Source: Squalus acanthias (Eukaryota). From it: DNA of 64,000 bases. Positions 62,297 to 64,000 of this stretch are shown piece by piece. Position 1 is the stretch's first letter; each line of letters starts with the position of its first letter. A program made the translations under genes and the position numbers. The stretch is taken from NCBI GenBank assembly GCA_030390025.1, contig JASTWF010000331.1:372001-436000 (forward strand), given 5' to 3'. The notes under the pieces were generated by a model, which was not told where the DNA came from, made no database searches, and saw only the letters and a program-made list of their open reading frames with translations.

Positions 62297-63432
62297 GTAT
62301 CTAATCTCCACTTAACCTTCAGTGCTCTAAGGAGAACAATCCCAGCTTCTCCAGTCTCTCCACGTAGCTATAATCCCTCATCACTGGAACTATTCCAGTA
62401 AATCTCTTCTATACCCTCCCGAAAGCCTTCATGTCCTTCCTAAATTGTGGTGCTCAGAATTAGACACAATACTCCAGCTGGGAAAGGGGTGGGTGCGAAC
62501 TAAACTTTTATATAGGCTTAACATACTTCTTGTCATTTGTACTCTCTGCCTCTACTTATACAGCCCAGGATCCCATAGGCTCTATTAACTGCTTTACTCA
62601 GTTGTCCTGCCACGTTCAAAAATCCCATGGTCTCTCTGTTCTTGCACCACATGTAAAATTGTGCCATTTAGCCGATATTGTCTCTCCCCAATCTTCCAAC
62701 CAAAATGCAGCTCGTCACACTTGTCTGCGTTGAATTTAATCTGTCATGTCACCGCACATTCCACCAACCTAACTATACCCTCTTGAAGTTCATTTCTCTA
62801 ATCCTCATTTTTACTGCGCTTCAAAGTTTCGTGTCATTTGTAAATTTCGAAATTGTGCCCTGTAACCCTAATTTTAAGTCATTGATGTTTATCATAAACA
62901 GCAGTGGTCCCAGTACTGAATCCTGTGGAAGACCAATGTATTCCTCCCTCCAGTCCGAAAAAAGCAGCTATTCACCACAGCACTCCGTTTTCTATACATT
63001 TGACAATTTTGTATCAATGCTGCTAATGCCCGTTTAATCCCATTGCCTTCAATTTTGCTAACAAGCCAATTATGTGGTGCATTCATCAAACGCTTTTTGA
63101 AAGTCCACTAACACAACATCAACTGCACTGCCATCATCCACCCACTCTGTTAGCTGATCAACACACTCAACCAAGTTAGTAAAACACGAATTGCCTTTAA
63201 CAAATCCGTGCTGATTCTCCTTTATTTTTCCATGCTTGTCCAGTTGGCTGGTAATGTTTTTAGGATTTATTGTTTATAAACAGTTCCCCTCCATCGACGT
63301 TAAACTGACTGGCCTATAATTGTAAGGTTTCATTTGACGAAAGTCGTAGAGATTGGTTGAAGAGAACGACCCCCGCTCTGAGTTCTGTTCAGTTATAGCC
63401 TTGCTGAATGGAAAAAGTCCCCGTGAAACTGG

Positions 63433-63918
63433 TTGGCAGGAGGAGCCGCGGTCGGGCCGGGCGTGAACCGAATAGATTTGGAAAACCAATTCCTTCGGCA
63501 ATTGGCACTAGAAGTTCAAATGAAGAGTTTTCTAAGTCAGCAGAATTGGTTGGTAGGACGAGAAATAAAAGAGCATCCCCAGGCCGTCCTTTTATTTATG
63601 GAATTGACACATGAGGACAAGGAAGTCGTGGGAAAGCTAAATACTGTTAAACATAATCAGGACAATATAACTGACAATATTAGAAATGCCGTGGCATGTG
63701 CTATCTCTCTGGCATATTGGGAAAACGCAGTTAGTGAAAGTTTGAGGGATCTCTGTGAACATCGCCTCCCAGAATCTGTTCCCCAGTGGGCCTCGGACGG
63801 ATGGATGGGAACACGTCACCATACTTGTCCGGCTGGACAGTTTGTTAATGCCTACCCGCTTAGGAGATCGTGCAACAATACAAGAGATACTACCCGTGTT
63901 CCTCTGTTGGTTGGTTGA
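63433..63918 (+). pseudogene. Possible retroviral env-like (class I fusion protein) fragment
   Basis: WKKSP*NWLAGGAAVGPGVNRIDLE (eroded basic site then a Gly/Ala-rich stretch), heptad-like helices, ACA...W...L.DL...RLP and a Cys-containing tail. Interrupts a minus-strand CR1 at ~63335. Pattern resemblance only. Confidence 0.35.
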
Positions 63919-64000
63919 TAAAGAAGGAGAACCGGTTCCACTTGTTCTGAGTACAGTCCTTTGGGCAAGTCGAGGGTGGTCGCTTGTACAGATCAGAGAC

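Larger units (their letters stand above)
50673..62995. repeat. Segmental duplication, copy 2
   Basis: Colinear with 31715-47564. Lacks ~3.5 kb (34627-38141), the fold-back element and the V-SINE. Has its own insertions at 52459 and 62171. Confidence 0.92.

Overview
Vertebrate, non-microbial DNA, most likely from a cartilaginous fish. The evidence is CR1 LINEs with (GTTCTAT)n tails, an HE1/V-SINE-like element and elasmobranch-type NLR exons. 1-19063 is a 39-bp satellite (~430 units) interrupted by a Penelope retroelement (3869-6146) with inverted pLTRs, each holding a minimal hammerhead ribozyme. On the minus strand, four phase-compatible coding exons (26543->19323) encode the N-terminus of an NLRC3/NLRP-like protein. 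Its NACHT exon is not in the window, so the satellite would lie inside an intron of at least 19 kb. A 51-bp minisatellite sits in another intron, and a near-full-length CR1 (26949-30888) lies just upstream of the first coding exon. 31.7-63 kb is a diverged tandem segmental duplication of LINE/SINE debris. It carries six copies of a non-TE cassette resembling a promoter plus short first exon, pointing at the NLR exons. A possible env-like fragment lies at the right edge. The very long ORFs in the ORF track are by-products of stop-free repeat units, not genes. All family assignments come from motif recognition by eye, with no database search.
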